A stretch of DNA of 63,095 bases, counting the filler, from Sphacelaria rigidula (taxonomy: Eukaryota): the NCBI GenBank assembly GCA_964200075.2. It is 10 parts of 10 records of this genome, joined end to end, with 100 filler letters (N's around TTAATTAATTAA, not from the genome) between each part and the next. Parts side by side here need not be neighbours in the genome. Positions count along the whole stretch, not along the records: positions 1 to 6,220 come from CAXNAA020021428.1; positions 6,321 to 12,540 come from CAXNAA020021429.1; positions 12,641 to 18,860 come from CAXNAA020021430.1; 7 more parts are not named here. One strand, 5' to 3'. Position 1 is the first letter of the stretch, and each line of letters starts with the position of its first letter. The translations under genes and the position numbers were made by a program. The notes below the pieces were generated by a model. The model saw only the letters and a program-made list of their open reading frames with translations. It was not told where the DNA came from and made no database searches. Of the stretch, positions 1 to 13,246 are shown one piece after another.

Positions 1-900
1 TTAGTTTTCAAAACCCACCTTTGTCCAACTGGTATGGCAGTCACCAATCTCGTCTTTTTCGAGCATCGGGGGCAAAAAAAACGGGGAACGCTTTCTATGG
101 ACCCCGATTCGGACGAAATCGGGGGCGAAAAAAACGGCAATGCACTGTACTCGAGGGATGATGTACGGCAATGCACAACGGAACTGTGCTGGAGCACTGT
201 TCTCTGTCGGTTTGGAAAAATCCATCAGTGTGGGAATTTCGGCCAGTTTCCACAGTCGTTTTTCACGGAAAATGGCCCTATGAGGTCGCGCCCTGCAAGG
301 GGTATCTCGGCACCGACCAAAACGACATTTCACAGAGTTTTTTTTTTCAGTCTGCAAGAAGCGATCTTGTGTTTTCCGCTTAGATACGAGACTTTTTAAT
401 TGGTCAGATTTATGTCTCAAGTCACTTTCCTGTTTTCGCCCTTGATTGATATCTTGTCAATCGAAAACATGTGCTCACAACTCCTCGCAAATACATGTTG
501 ATGAGACGACCAAATTTCATGTGTGAACGTGGCGTTGGTCACGGGGCTAGGCGCACAACTTTGATTCCATGTACGCGAGGCCGTCGAAAGCGTTCTGCCA
601 CGAATCGGTCACCATTTCCCCGCCTCCTTTGTCTTCATACTCGTCAGGTCAAGAACGGGATGAACATTGCATCAGACCAGAGGTCGGACCGAAGGGTCGG
701 CAGTGGGGAGCCAATTTCTCCGAGCACTGTCTCTGGCCCTGCGGCGGCTAGGATGGAGCGGAATGGCGCGCCGATTGCCACGAAAACCGTCTCGCGCGTC
801 GGGCAGAGAAGTGTAGGAGCACCGGCGTCCCCAAACCGCCTATGCACAAGCCGAGCCATTTCAGCGCGCCCAACCGCATATTGACTTTCACGCCCTACTG

Positions 901-1868
901 ATGCTCGCCGCGGCTGCTGGTGGGAGGGGTGTGACTAATGATCAAGGGGTGTCCTATTCGCCTGAGGACATTCGCGATATTGCCCAGACGGACCTTAAGC
1001 ACCTTCGCCAGGATGGATGCTGTGCTATGACCCTCTTCGAGGTGATAGTTGTGTATGCGGCCTGGTTTTCTGCAGCTGCAAGGGGAGAGGTGCGCGATGA
1101 AAGGCAGAGCCCTCAGTCAGCTACAGAGGGGGAAGAGCAGGTTCTGTCGGATCGCACGGTTGGCGATTTACGGGTTTCGGGGGTGGACGACGTAGAGGAA
1201 ATAGAAGTGTCGGAAGTGAGAATGGGGGCGGGGGGGAGCGGAGGAGACACAATCCCACAGGAGCGCAGCCCTCGGTCAGCTACGGAGGGGGAAGAGCAGA
1301 TCCCGTCCAATCGCACGGTTGACGATTTACGGGATTCGGGGGTGGACGACGGAGAGGAAATACTAGTGTCGATGATTTGTCAGAGTCGGAATATCGTTCA
1401 ATCTCGATATTTTTGTGGAAAGTTTTGGCAGTAGCGGTCGGATCAACCGATGCGGAGTTCAACATGGCCATGCCTTCGTTTACGCCGCTTGCTCTATATG
1501 AGGATTGTCCCGATGAAGACGCTGACAGGACTGTTCTGAGGCCATTTGCGGAAATCGCCAGGGCATACCACATGGTGAGACTTCGCCGATGTGTTGTTTA
1601 CGCCGACATTGTTGGCGACTGTTGCTACATGATCGATGCCCTCGTAAGGGCGTGCGGCGTACGGGGCACCGGATACCGTTGCACTGCCCTGCATCTCAAT
1701 CCGTCTTTTGTCGACCTCATGGCTGATGCCACTTCTCGCGGCTCCCTTCTTTGTTCACATCCTGACGTGTCTACTCGCCAGATGAAGGTGTCTTATATCA
1801 CGCAGCGCCTGGGCGCCAAGGATGATGACCTTACACTTCGAGCATGTGAGACAAGCTTCCTTTTTTAA
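901..1868 (+). pseudogene. Frameshifted ORF pair of unknown function (901-1434, 1377-1868) with an internal ~100-bp direct repeat, probably part of a retroposon
   Basis: Repeat at ~1108-1210 and ~1267-1371 (period 159 bp, SP[QR]SATEGEEQ...DLR.SGVDD.EEI); followed by a T-rich tract and a retroposon-type 3' end. Confidence 0.3.
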
Positions 1869-2265
1869 GGCTGTTTTGATTGTTGGTGCACTCGCGAAGG
1901 CCGTGTTCGTATGCCGCCACGAGCTTTTACGTTGTTCTTTTAATTTTTTCTCATGTCTCTATTTGTGTTCTCATTACGAGCTGGATTGTTGCAATCAGCT
2001 ACGTAATGCGCGATCATCATTTTTTTTTTTGCTGTTTGTGCTGTGCTTGTGTTTGTGTTTATCGTTATTTTGTTGTACCTGCTTGTGTTGTTTGCTCTTG
2101 TTGTTTGGTGGTGGTGATGGTGGTGGTGGTGGTGTTCTTTTTTTCTTCTTGTTATCGCTGCCTCCTTCCTTTCCATTCTGAGGCCGTTGCTTTTCTTGTT
2201 TTTTTCTGTTCCTCCCTTCTTTTTTTTCTGTTTTTGTTATTCTGTTCTATTTTTTGCTGCTCCTG

Positions 2266-2322
2266 GCCACGGGCTGGATTGTTGCAATCAGCTAATGTGA
2301 GATAATCAATCAATCAATCAAT
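2266..2322 (+). mobile_element. LINE/SINE-type 3' end with (CAAT)n tail
   Basis: GCCACGG-hairpin-TAATGTG then (CAAT)n; same layout as the end of the RTE LINE at 55685-55781. Confidence 0.6.
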
Positions 2323-4160
2323 ACACTGTACATTAATTTATCCCGCACTCCGAGGTGGGATTTTCAGGCTCCTTAAAACTACATGTTTCTCATGGGGGGG
2401 CGGCGCTGTGGGATGGTTTCGCGTCGAACGGAGTGCGCCCTGAGAAACCTTCCATATCCTGGCAGATGCTGCTTTCGGGATGTATCGATTACAACGACTA
2501 ATCTGCTCCCCCTCCCCCCCCTCCCCCCGCGCGGCCTTTGCTATTTCCCCATAGTTCCCAGTCGCGCCATCCGGTCTACTTGCTTCGTGCTCCCTCTTCT
2601 ATTGCCCCGTGTTTTTCTTTTGCCCTGTCCGTGGATCAGACCGCCTCGTTCAAGCGGGAGTCGGGTTCGGCGTGCCAGAACACACCGTGAAAGCGTTGCA
2701 GATAGCGCTTTCCGGTGACGCTTTGGGGGGGGGGGTGGACGACAATGGGATACTAAGTGGCTACACTATCTCGTTCAACTTCCGACGGGATCGGCAGCGG
2801 TCACTGGAAGAGTACGGTCATTTCTACTGTGGGAAAAGAGTTGGTATTTGGCTAGGGCCGGATGCACCGCACGAGGGTAATCACCAAGGTCCATGCCAAG
2901 AAAAGTACGGTGGCCTTTCGCGGTGCAAGCAACTCAGTGGGGTGAATGGTAATCCACACGAACAAAACCATTCGAAAAAAACTAAGTATCTCCCCAGCGT
3001 TAGTGGGATGGGTTTTGATACTTTTACATTCAACATCACGTTGATAAACGAGTTGGAAAACGCAGCAATTAACGGCAGGATGTGCGACTTGGCAGTCGGG
3101 GGTGCACGGGATCATAATAAGTACGCCCGCGCCTGCTGCATGCAGGTGTGGAACTACGGGCGCTGCTTCTGTGAGTCGCCTCTAATGAGGTCGTTCGACA
3201 AGCGCGGTAAACTGCTGATCACACCACTGCCGGACAATTAGGATATGAAGTTGAGACAGGTCCCGAGGGATTCGGAGCATACGGTTGGCGGCGTCTCCAT
3301 TGTTGCCGTACGGGATGTTGAGTTGCTGCGGGACTTCGCCCATTCTGTACCCACCTTGATTCTTGTTGTATTGGTCCTGATCTGGGCTTGAAAATCTGAG
3401 GTGCAAACAAATACTGACCTTTTTTTGTTCGAATATTTTGATTTCTCTTCTAGCCTCTGCCAGACAATCTGGACAAGAGGACTTGCGACGAGGGATTCGT
3501 CCAGTGTCAATGACCTCGTGCTCGACAAGTCCTTACTTCCAACTTGTTATTATCTTGCTATTATCACGGCGTGATCCTCGAGATATCACATCACGAGTCA
3601 GGCAGCAAGGGGCCACGCAAAAAAAGGGCCATGAATCCAGGAATACCTGTCCCCTGCCACCGCTACAATCATGCACGCGATTATACTGAAACGTACGGGT
3701 TGGTATCATTTGGCTATATACTGCGTGTAAACGGTGGCGAGTTAACTGGGGCACCTGGGCTGCCAGGCGAGTTATTGGTTCAGATTCCTCGTTACACTCC
3801 TGATTTTTTCGCGAGTGTTTACATGCTTATTTTTTTAATTTTGGCTGACGCTGGCCGGGGACGGAGGGGGGGGGGCTATGGTGTTTTCCAGTAAGTGTTT
3901 TGTTTTTGGGATGTTGAGCGGATCACCACTGATGCCGCGGCAGCCGCGCACAGGAAAGTGACAATTTCCTGTGTGATAGTTCGGGGGCTGCTTTTGAGTT
4001 GCCTATCGCGACGTGACTCGGCCCCCGAAATGTTTGAGTCAAACGGGCACTGCCATGAACGGGTCAGGCGAAGAAACCTTCAAAATTGCCCCACTCTACA
4101 GTGCCAGGCTACGATAATCTACGTGTAAAATGTAAATCACTGGTGAGCTGGGCAATGTCC

Positions 4161-4189
<29 letters not shown>
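4161..4189. repeat. (TA)n microsatellite
   Basis: Direct reading. Confidence 0.95.
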
Positions 4190-4192
<3 letters not shown>

Positions 4193-4223
4193 TGTGTTTC
4201 ACCTTTTAATTTGTCGCACTTTG

Positions 4224-4497
4224 AACCCCTCCGACGGTCGGACAAATGACGATTCATCTGAAAATTACTTGGTTTCATTATACTTGATTCGAATCATACA
4301 CGAATCAATCCCTGGGCGCGTTTTCAGCGTTGCAACCTAGGTACACGCAGCCCAGACACGAGGAATGGCGCAAAAGTTGCGTGGGTACCCCTTGGATCAA
4401 CGGTCAATTTTTTTCTCCCTTTTGGGCAATCTGGCCGAAGAAATCGTGGATTTCGGTGACTCGTGGTCGTGATGATTTGTCCTAACGGTGAGCCCCT
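4224..4497 (+). mobile_element. Left end of a long-TIR non-autonomous DNA element (family C)
   Basis: 4224-4415 matches the reverse complement of 38659-38850 and, in part, 44239-44345; 4416-4497 matches 37920-37996. Confidence 0.7.
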
Positions 4498-4670
4498 TCC
4501 CTGCCGCGGGACGAGACCGATTGCAGTAGGTCTCCTGGATTTCAGTCGGTGTTATACGGATCTCTCGTAGTGTGGGTGCCCATTTATCGTGTAGATTTTT
4601 TGTTTCTCGCCTCTTACTGCGGGCTGTTCTGGGTTATGGGTGTATTGGTCGTGCGCGCCTTGCACTCTGT

Positions 4671-4714
4671 GACCACGGGTTTGAGTGATCGGTCTAATGT
4701 GACGGATATAATAA
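4671..4714 (+). mobile_element. Retroposon 3' end motif with short (ATA) tail
   Basis: CTGTGACCACGGGTT...CTAATGTG, very similar to 50568-50602. Confidence 0.55.
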
Positions 4715-7700
4715 CCTAAACTACAGTACCGTGGGTGACGTGAGATAACACTCCCTACAACAATTTATTCCGCGACATTTTGCACCATGACCCGTGGGAA
4801 AAGAGCGGGAGAAAACCTCTCTCTCTTCTCCACTATTTCACCCTCCTTCACTCTGTCACCACTCTCCCCGGTACTCCAAACGGCCTCGCAATCTACGCCT
4901 TCACAATTTCTCTCTCTTTCCCCCCGATGCCTTCCTGGCAGGGCTGTACAGCAGCCGTTCTTCCCTCCAAATCACTACCTTCGCGCATGCACTAGCAATT
5001 CTCCATCGGTGTCGATCAGACGTCAACATATATTCGTTCAGCCACCTCATGCGTTCTTGCTCAGGTCATTGGTTGAGGTGCAAGCAGCGTACGTACGGTA
5101 CTAGCTACGGCAGCACGGCAAAACATGCTCGAAATGTGCAAGTACTGTTCGCTATCGTCTCGAACCGGACAGGTTCTAAATATCTGAACCGGGCAGGTGG
5201 GCAGCACGAATAAATTCTGAACATGAGACCACGAACCTGTGAGCAGAGCGTGTAATTGTGGCAGATTGGGGAGCATTCCGTGATATTTCCGGTCAACCAT
5301 TGTTTACGTACAAATCCTCAGCCCCCCTCGACAGCGGTACTGTTGTCCATTATAGTATAATACTCTGCACGGCACCCCTCCACACCCATTTGAGTGCATG
5401 CAGCCGTTGTGTTACTGTCTGCAACCTGACATGTGCGCATGTATGCTGCACTGCCGTTTGCGGCAGCACAGTCAGTACTGCTTAGTACTGTTGTCTGCAC
5501 TGCACGTTGTCCACACCATATTTAGTGTGGCCGTTGTTCACTACTGGCAAACTGACATCCGCACCTCCTGTTGTATGCGGTAGTACCAGGCTTGTGCTGT
5601 CTGCACCATTTTCGGCAGCCGTTGGGTGCAACATGGCATCTTTATCCCACTGTTCAAAGCGGCAGTGCAGACAGTACAGTACTACCTAGTGTTAGTCTGT
5701 ATTGCGCGCTGTCCACGTATTTTATTTGTCCGCACCATTTTTACTACAGCCGTGTATACTGCTACACTTTTGTTCAAACTGACTTACAACTCACTGCATG
5801 AGACAGATAGCACAGACGGTATACTGTAATATTCGCGCTGGCTTTTGTCTGTGCTGCAGATTGTTGAGAGTACGGTCGATGCCACTAGATCGTCATTCCC
5901 TAACGACATCTTGCGTGCGCCGGGATGGCGGAGCAAAAGTTGGTGTAGTGTACGCAAGGACCCTTCTTAGACCCACTCTAATGGGAACCGTTTAAATTCC
6001 CGTCCAGCTGCCTTGTTGGCCCTTCTCCGTCGTTGTACGCCTGAAGAGAGGGTTAGGCGGATGTTGACGCCTTGAAATGACTTGCTCTACTCATTGATAC
6101 CGTTCCAGGGCAACTTTGCGCTTCCCGCTGGCTGCACTGCACTTTTATTCTGTAATGCGTGAGAGGACCGCGTGCTTAGAGGACCGCATCGGAATTTGAA
6201 CATCCCTATGGGTAGGGTTANNNNNNNNNNNNNNNNNNNNNNNNNNNNNNNNNNNNNNNNNNNNTTAATTAATTAANNNNNNNNNNNNNNNNNNNNNNNN
6301 NNNNNNNNNNNNNNNNNNNNCACCCTCATATTCGTAAAACAGCTGATGAGAATACCTCGTTATCAGCGACATCGCTTAAAACCCCCCCCCCCCCCCCCCC
6401 CCCAACATCACTGCTACATCCAGCCCTTCTCACGAGGGATACAAATCCGTGCTGTCTGGTTAACTAGGTGTGAAATATTGCCCCCCCTCCCACCTCCCTC
6501 CCCCTGCCCTCCCACCCGTCCCGTATGCGCTGCCCTATACCAAGAGGAGGACATCGCTATGGGCGACCTATCATCTGATGCGGTTTCACATGGACACGTG
6601 TATAGCACGGGATTGCCTGACAGCACCTGGAAAGTCACTATGGTGGTCGTCGCTAGGTCACTCTGAACATGAAACAAGTATAGTAACAGGTACCGATCAC
6701 CTCACTCCCTATAACACCGCCATCCCCTATCAACCCCCGCCCCCACACAGCGACACCATCAACACTCATCCTCCTCACAGAATTTAGTCCCTCCTCACAT
6801 CCTCAGACCACAGTCTACCATTGATTAACTATCTACTTTTTTGTTTCATTCTGCGTGTAGCTAGACCACATAGAGCATGGCCAGGACAACAACCGTTCTG
6901 GTGCCCTGTCCTTACACCTTTCTTTATTGTCCTCCTCAATCGTTCGACCTTATTAGCGGCTACTAAAACACTTGAAAACGGGGTTTGTTTGGCCCTTCTC
7001 CTATCGTTCATTGCAATGCCGTACTGTGCCGCAGTGCACCATGTCCACACCATACATACCATCCCATCGTTCGTTCGTTCCAGCAATGCTCACCGAATAG
7101 GTCATCGCAATGCAGCCGGCATCGCCTTCATCAGATATGCGTGGCGCATGGATGCGCACTGCCTCTCTTCCGAGAAGGGAACGAAAACGTAAGTAGAACC
7201 AGATTGCAGAAAGTCATCCTTGGGGAAGGGACAGCAATAGATAGCAGTGTACTGCAGCACACGACGGACACAAAATCAATAATTTGCTCGCACCCTGACA
7301 ATTTCGACAGACAATTCCTGTACTCAGCGCGGTCACTACCGTAAAACATCAGAGGCTACGAGTCAAACAAGTTGGCAACCCAACGAACGATCAATATATA
7401 CGTATCACTGGTCAACTAAAAACTAGGCCCACATAGACCAAACTCACCGTTATGCCATGAATTCGAGTGCAATGTTAGGCAAAGCACATCACCGTATTGA
7501 ATTGTATCATATACTGTACCTCAAAACTCTCCGACTGACCAAACAGAACATGTCGCCACGAAAAAAGAAGACGCGGACATTCACACTCACTTCGCAAGCC
7601 AAGCATTAGAACCCAAGAGGCTCCATCACCGAACCAACTCTTTTGAGACGAAAATTCCGCCACAAGAGAAAGGTGATGGCAACGCCAGAATCGAACGCCA

Positions 7701-9868
7701 TGGCCCAAATATGAACGCCAAACGCAAGAGCTCGCACAACCGAACAAGTAAGTACAGTTGACAAAGCACAAGCGAGGGTTGCACCAAATAAATGCTCCTT
7801 GGCGAGCATGCTCTCCCACTCGAAAACTACACCGCTAGCAAGAAAGCAAGGTCGCACAGAGCGGACGCTCTACCTCCCCTTCGCTCATTCTCCGTTGTTT
7901 CTCACGCTTGAGTCCACGACGGCACTTGCTTTCCCCCCTTTTCCTCGGAATGTTGCATTAAAAAAGCGCTAGACCGACCAAGAGACTCGAATCAGAAGTG
8001 GAGGGCCGAAATTTCCAAGACTGAAGTAGCGGTGCAACGATAGAGAGTGGTAAAAAAAGAATGGGCAGCCGCTTGGGTGTATACGTCCGCATGGCAGTTC
8101 ATCTTGCAAGGAGCCGTAAGGTAGGCAGTTGCTGATGAATCATCTCCGCAAGTGACTAGCTACTTCAATGTACTCGAGTTGGGCACCGAAACACCTCCCT
8201 CGCTTTTGCTGCACGACTCGAACGTCTACGAGTAGTCTGATCGCAAATGCGTTCGAATCAGATCAGAGGCACTGCCACTCCATGAAAAGCACACACACCG
8301 TACTTCCCACGCGAGGACTGGCAAAAAACCCAGCACAATGGACACTTTTTACGGTAGCCCCCCCCTCAAAAAAGTAAGTGCCTGGTTTGGGGAGGCAAAC
8401 TTTTTACGTGAATCGAAATGGGAAAAGCCGAGCACAACAAGCAGCTGGGAAATCCCACGCTTGGGTTCGTTCTTGCCAATGTCGCCCATATGAGGCGCTT
8501 CATGCAGCCTGAACCCAAACATCAGGCGCCGTATGCTCATTATTTTCGCGACACTTTTTGGCTGGTTTTGGGGGGTGGGCTATCGTAGAAAGTGTCAATA
8601 TCGGATTTCAGCGGGACTTCCTGTAGCGATCCTACTTGTGTATTCGAAGTTTCATCATACCCTGCGAAAAGAAGCCACTACAGTACTAGTGCACACATTA
8701 CACAACGGGAGAGTGAACATTTTTTTTATTTTTTCCCCATGAAAACAACGCCCACATGCAGCCACATACAAGCACACGCACAGTTGGAGTAAGACACGGA
8801 AAACACCAAGGAACACAATATAAATCAGAGTTAAAGTGCATCGGTGAGAGATAAGTTACACCCACCCACACATCCACCTATACCTCACTCACTCACACCA
8901 AGTACTAGCGCCACAGTAGAACGCAATGAAGCAAGTTCTAGAGAAGAAAACAGGGACGGACACCGCGGCGCGAACGCACGGGACTGACACGGGGTGTTCC
9001 TAGCTGTCGGTGCTGTTTCCGTGTCTTCCATTCTTCTATCGCTTTCCCGTTCGTTTCCTCCTGTGTTTCTCGGCCTACGACAAGCCAGAGTGTGGCAATG
9101 GAAAGCGGAGCATTGGGAGGAAAAGACATGAGACATTGAAACGCGCGAAAGGCATACAACATATCTAGGAATCGGAGGAAGGGTATGCCCTCGCCTTCAT
9201 TCGTCGGCAAGCACCCACTAGCCTGATGAGTCCTCTCTACGCACCTACGGCCGATCGCCCGATACATGACCAAAATAGACAAAGCCAACACTCGTGCGCA
9301 CCAAGCAGGAGTGCCATGACACAAACGAACGCCCAAATGACCAGAGCAAAATAAAACGTATAACGGGCTTGCTGCGCCAGACTGCATGTAGGCGTCTACC
9401 AACCAGCAGTAAGCAGCAGCGGCGACCATGATATGGAGGCAAACAACAAAATGTCATTGCATTCACGGTGAAGAGGCCACCTTGAACCGTGCCCTGCGCT
9501 GTGCTGCTCGGAAAAACACGCGTGGTGCTCTGCGCTCCAAACCATCGCGAAACATTTCATTTTTACCGAATGTGATGAAAACAACTCAGATCCCAGTCCC
9601 AACGACAACCCTAGAGATTCTGACTCAGAGTGTCGTCTCCAGGGAGCTGAGTTGCAACCTACTTTCACGGTCCTGCCCTTTTGTAAGGTCTCGGTCATTC
9701 CTGCCGGGTCTTGTCCGGGGACCGATACTACTCCTCGGTATGGTGTCCATGGCAGTTAATTATCTTCTTTTTCCTCTTCTCGCCGATTCGTCGTCGCCCG
9801 TTACCTCAAGTATGTTGTGGCATGATCAGTTTTTCATATATTCACCTTGAATGTCTGCCTTGTGCCTA

Positions 9869-9927
9869 GCCACGACTAGGTTTGTAGCGGGTTAGCTAGC
9901 GTAGAGCAATCAACCAACTAACCAACC
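9869..9927 (+). mobile_element. Degenerate retroposon 3' end with (CAAY)n tail
   Basis: CCTAGCCACGAC...TAGCGT...CAATCAACCAACTAACCAACC. Confidence 0.45.
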
Positions 9928-9974
9928 GTGAAATCATCGATAACATTCACAAAGTCAGACACAGCACCCACCGG

Positions 9975-10480
9975 TTACCCATCGCTTTCATCCTCATTTG
10001 TCTTGGTCCCCGGCATCCCGCTTCCACCATTGGTGCTATCGTCGCTGCTCCCATGACTAGGAGTATTACCAATGGGGGTCCGTTGCATCGTGATACCGAT
10101 GGACCCCCCCAGCATCCCGTTTCCACCGTTGTCGTTAGCATCGACGCGGCCGATGCTAGGGATACGCTGCATTGGCGTGCGCTCCATGGGGGTACGGATG
10201 CAGGCCCCCAGCATCCCGTTTCGAGCGTTGTTGCCGCCGCCACCGCGAGGACTGATGGCGGCGCGCTGCATCGTTGTACCGGTGAAGGCCCCAGGCATCC
10301 GGTTGCTGCCACTACTTGAACAACGGCAAATAGTGTTACGAGCGACGGCGGTGTCACTCAGCGTAACCCTTGCGCGTTTTTTGCTGACGGTAAAGCTGGT
10401 GGTGCCGCTGGGGGTGATTCGGCCGACAGAAGCCGAGTCACTGCTGTCATGGTCATCTCTGAAATCGCGATGCATGTGTT
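9975..10480 (-). CDS. Possible exon/ORF with Gly/Met/Thr-rich internal repeats, function unknown
   Basis: Open frame with KKRAR basic motif and four frame-preserving repeats (G[NS]GM[LP]G...TMQR; spacing about 99, 99, 84 bp). Confidence 0.35.
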
Positions 10481-12154
10481 GAGAGGGAAAATAACCAAGG
10501 GGGAACAAACACACACAGAAACGCGGAGTCGAAAACGGAAGGAGGTTAATAATGCCGTAGTGCGTGGTTTTTTTTGACAGCGACACACATCTCAAGAAAG
10601 ATCGACGTGTACCGCAGGTAAAATAAACGGGACCACCCGCTATAGAGAAGAAAAGTGAGGGGAACAAAAAAAAGGCTAACGGAGTACTCGTGAGCTGAGA
10701 AATAAGAAACGAAAACAAAAACAGTCAACAAAGGAAAGGAAAAGAGGAAGGAGAAGAACTGGAAGTAGATGAAGAAAACGAGGTGTGTTCTACCTAGACC
10801 TTTACGAGGGAGTTTATTAAGTACGCCAACGCAGCGATTCAAGTGAGAAATACTCACGCGGCGTCACAATCCATCCTTGCATTCGTCGGGCTGATGCCAT
10901 TGCCGTCGTTGCCGTGGTCAGCTTCGTGATCGAACCCCTGTTGTGTTTCGAAGGAAAGCGACGACCGCACGGCAAGCAGGTGCGACCAGGAAGGTCAGGC
11001 GAAAAATAACAAGGAACATCGTTGCTTGATGAGAGATCAAACTAAGCCGCGGTGTGGTCAACATCCACATTCTTCACGAGCGGGAGGATATGTTATCGAA
11101 AGGTGTATCTCCTGCTCTTTTGTTTCAAGCAATCACGAGCAAATGGAAGACGACTATAGTACAAGACCAGAAAGTCAGCGCAACAAAAAAGTATATATAT
11201 ATATATACACGGGGTTCCACGATCTGGCTGCAGGAGAGGACAATCGAACTTCCACAATTCTGCCTCAAGACTCTCAAAATCGAGCTAGGATACCCAGCAA
11301 GCCAAGTTAGCAAGCAATACGTACCTCCGTCATGTCTTCCCCGTCTCTGCCGCGCTTCATTTGGCTACCCGTCCTCAGTTTCGCCGCCTTGTGGACGCAC
11401 CGGCGGTCGCTTGGACGGCTTCGAGTGCCTGGAGCCTGTTCGGGCTGTGATGCCTTCGAGCTCTCCTTGTTTCTTCTTCACCCCTCTCTAGGTCTTCGGT
11501 GCCCAGATAACAGGAGCTGCCCAGATCTCTCCAGCAGGCGATCGATGTGTACACCTAAACTATAGACGCCGTTACACGCAGCATACATATACAGGTGCAT
11601 CACACTATCAAATCAGTTGCCCCGAAAAATCCAAACCTATGTGCAATGATGAAAAAAACGACAAAATCTTTGCCCGAACTGTATGTGCTTGACGTATGGA
11701 CGGAGACTCATCAGCAGTCGATCGGACCATTATGATTTCAGCCTCGAAGTTTGTGGTGTATATTATATAGTATAGAGTAGTCACTCGTTGAACGGGGCCA
11801 ATTTTATCACTTACTTTTTCGTCGTCGGCGATTTTGAGAGTTTGGGGATTGCGTTCTGAGCACGACCTGCATATTTCCTCAATAATATACATGAATATAT
11901 TCACTTTAGCACTATGGAGTGCTAATGAAGAATAACATGTGAGAAAAAAAAACAACAACAACTACGGAAGCAGTCCAACTGAGTTATGTATAGTACAGGT
12001 GGACGGACCAATCCTGATCGTTCTCGGTGTTCGAGGCCGTGGCTGAGACCGTGTCTTAGCAATATCATTTTTCGATCGATTAAGTGCGGTGGAAAACATA
12101 AAGGTCGATCTGAAAGGTGAGGATTTTCAACACAAATTACGATATTGTTAAAGT

Positions 12155-12417
12155 GAGTGATGCTACGGTAGGGGTGCACAAATATTGTCTGAGGTTTAGA
12201 TTGTCAGGAGCCCTTTATCTCATGCCAAACACGACCTATGAAAACATGTGAAAGTACCCCAGAATAACTACTCCAATGTGCCGGGGATAGCCCGAATGAA
12301 TTTGCAAACGGAGATGCTCTGACCCGAATTCTTGTGCATCTGGAACCGTTAGGAGCTCTTGAACTAGACATAATTTCGCTAAATAAAGAAGTGCACCCCC
12401 CAACCGTGGCATTGCTC
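12155..12417 (+). mobile_element. MITE family A copy (GAG...CTC termini)
   Basis: GAGTGATGCTACGGTAGGGGTGCAC ... GTGCACCCCCCAACCGTGGCATTGCTC; interior aligns with the 21689, 31395 and 61601 copies. Confidence 0.85.
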
Positions 12418-12914
12418 TTCTAGTTGAAATCACGACCCCCTGTCAGATCGGTATTTTCTGCTTTTAACAGCCAATCATCTATATTGAGGATGGTGCTATT
12501 GATTGAGGATGAGAACCCGGAGGATTAAAATCTTCGTATCNNNNNNNNNNNNNNNNNNNNNNNNNNNNNNNNNNNNNNNNNNNNTTAATTAATTAANNNN
12601 NNNNNNNNNNNNNNNNNNNNNNNNNNNNNNNNNNNNNNNNTATGGTATTTGTGTGGTCTTGTTCTTGTCGTGGAAGTGTGATGTGCAATGTAGTGCCGAA
12701 ACTCATGAATATAACTTGGCCTTGGCTCCGAAGGTATGCGAAGAATTAAAGCTTCATTAACACATTTTTTTATTCTTTGTATACTATTATTTTAATAATT
12801 TTATTTCTAATTTTTTAATTTTTAATTTTGTATTCATGTATGGGATTCAAAACACCTAGGATTAAAAAAATCGGCACAGGGCCTCGCATTTTGTTTTTGA
12901 GCACTCCTGTTTAT

Positions 12915-13246
12915 ACTCAAAAGCCGTGATTTCCCTGACCTAAATTCATGACTAATGACTTTCATATGGACGACCTCATCCCTCCCGACCTCCCTGGTAT
13001 TATCCCGGGGGATTGCTAACCTTCCGTTCCCCCAATGGGTGTGTGCGAAGGCACGTTTTTGCCTCGATTTCGGGGTGAAAAAAGGGACGCTTTCTGCTAA
13101 AAAATCGTGCTTTGGCACATACTCTTTGGGGGAACGGAAGGCTAGAAATCCTCTGAAATAGTTTGAGGAAAATCGGGATGGATGAGGTCGTCCATATGAA
13201 AGTCATTTGTCATGAATTTAGGTCAGGGAAAGCACTTGTTTTGAGT
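12915..13246. repeat. Foldback element / long inverted repeat (~145-bp arms, short spacer)
   Basis: TTTCCCTGACCTAAATTCATGAC..ATGACTTTCATATGGACGACCTCATCC and its reverse complement; ORFs on both strands begin MTFIWTTSS. Confidence 0.92.

Noticed and set aside
1822..2305. Cys/Phe/Leu-rich and poly-His ORFs
   Set aside because: Translations of T-rich and (GGT)n low-complexity tracts; the same applies to 22304-22741 and 30767-31348
2700..3750. Possible piggyBac-like transposase remnant on the minus strand (PTNAGEILSFF)
   Set aside because: Only one short resemblance amid many stops; no catalytic motif located
5300..5900. Cluster of short Cys-rich ORFs
   Set aside because: Low-complexity TACTG/GCAG-rich non-coding sequence
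6265..6276. TTAATTAATTAA recurring every ~6.3 kb as a biological periodic motif
   Set aside because: Artificial N-padded contig spacer
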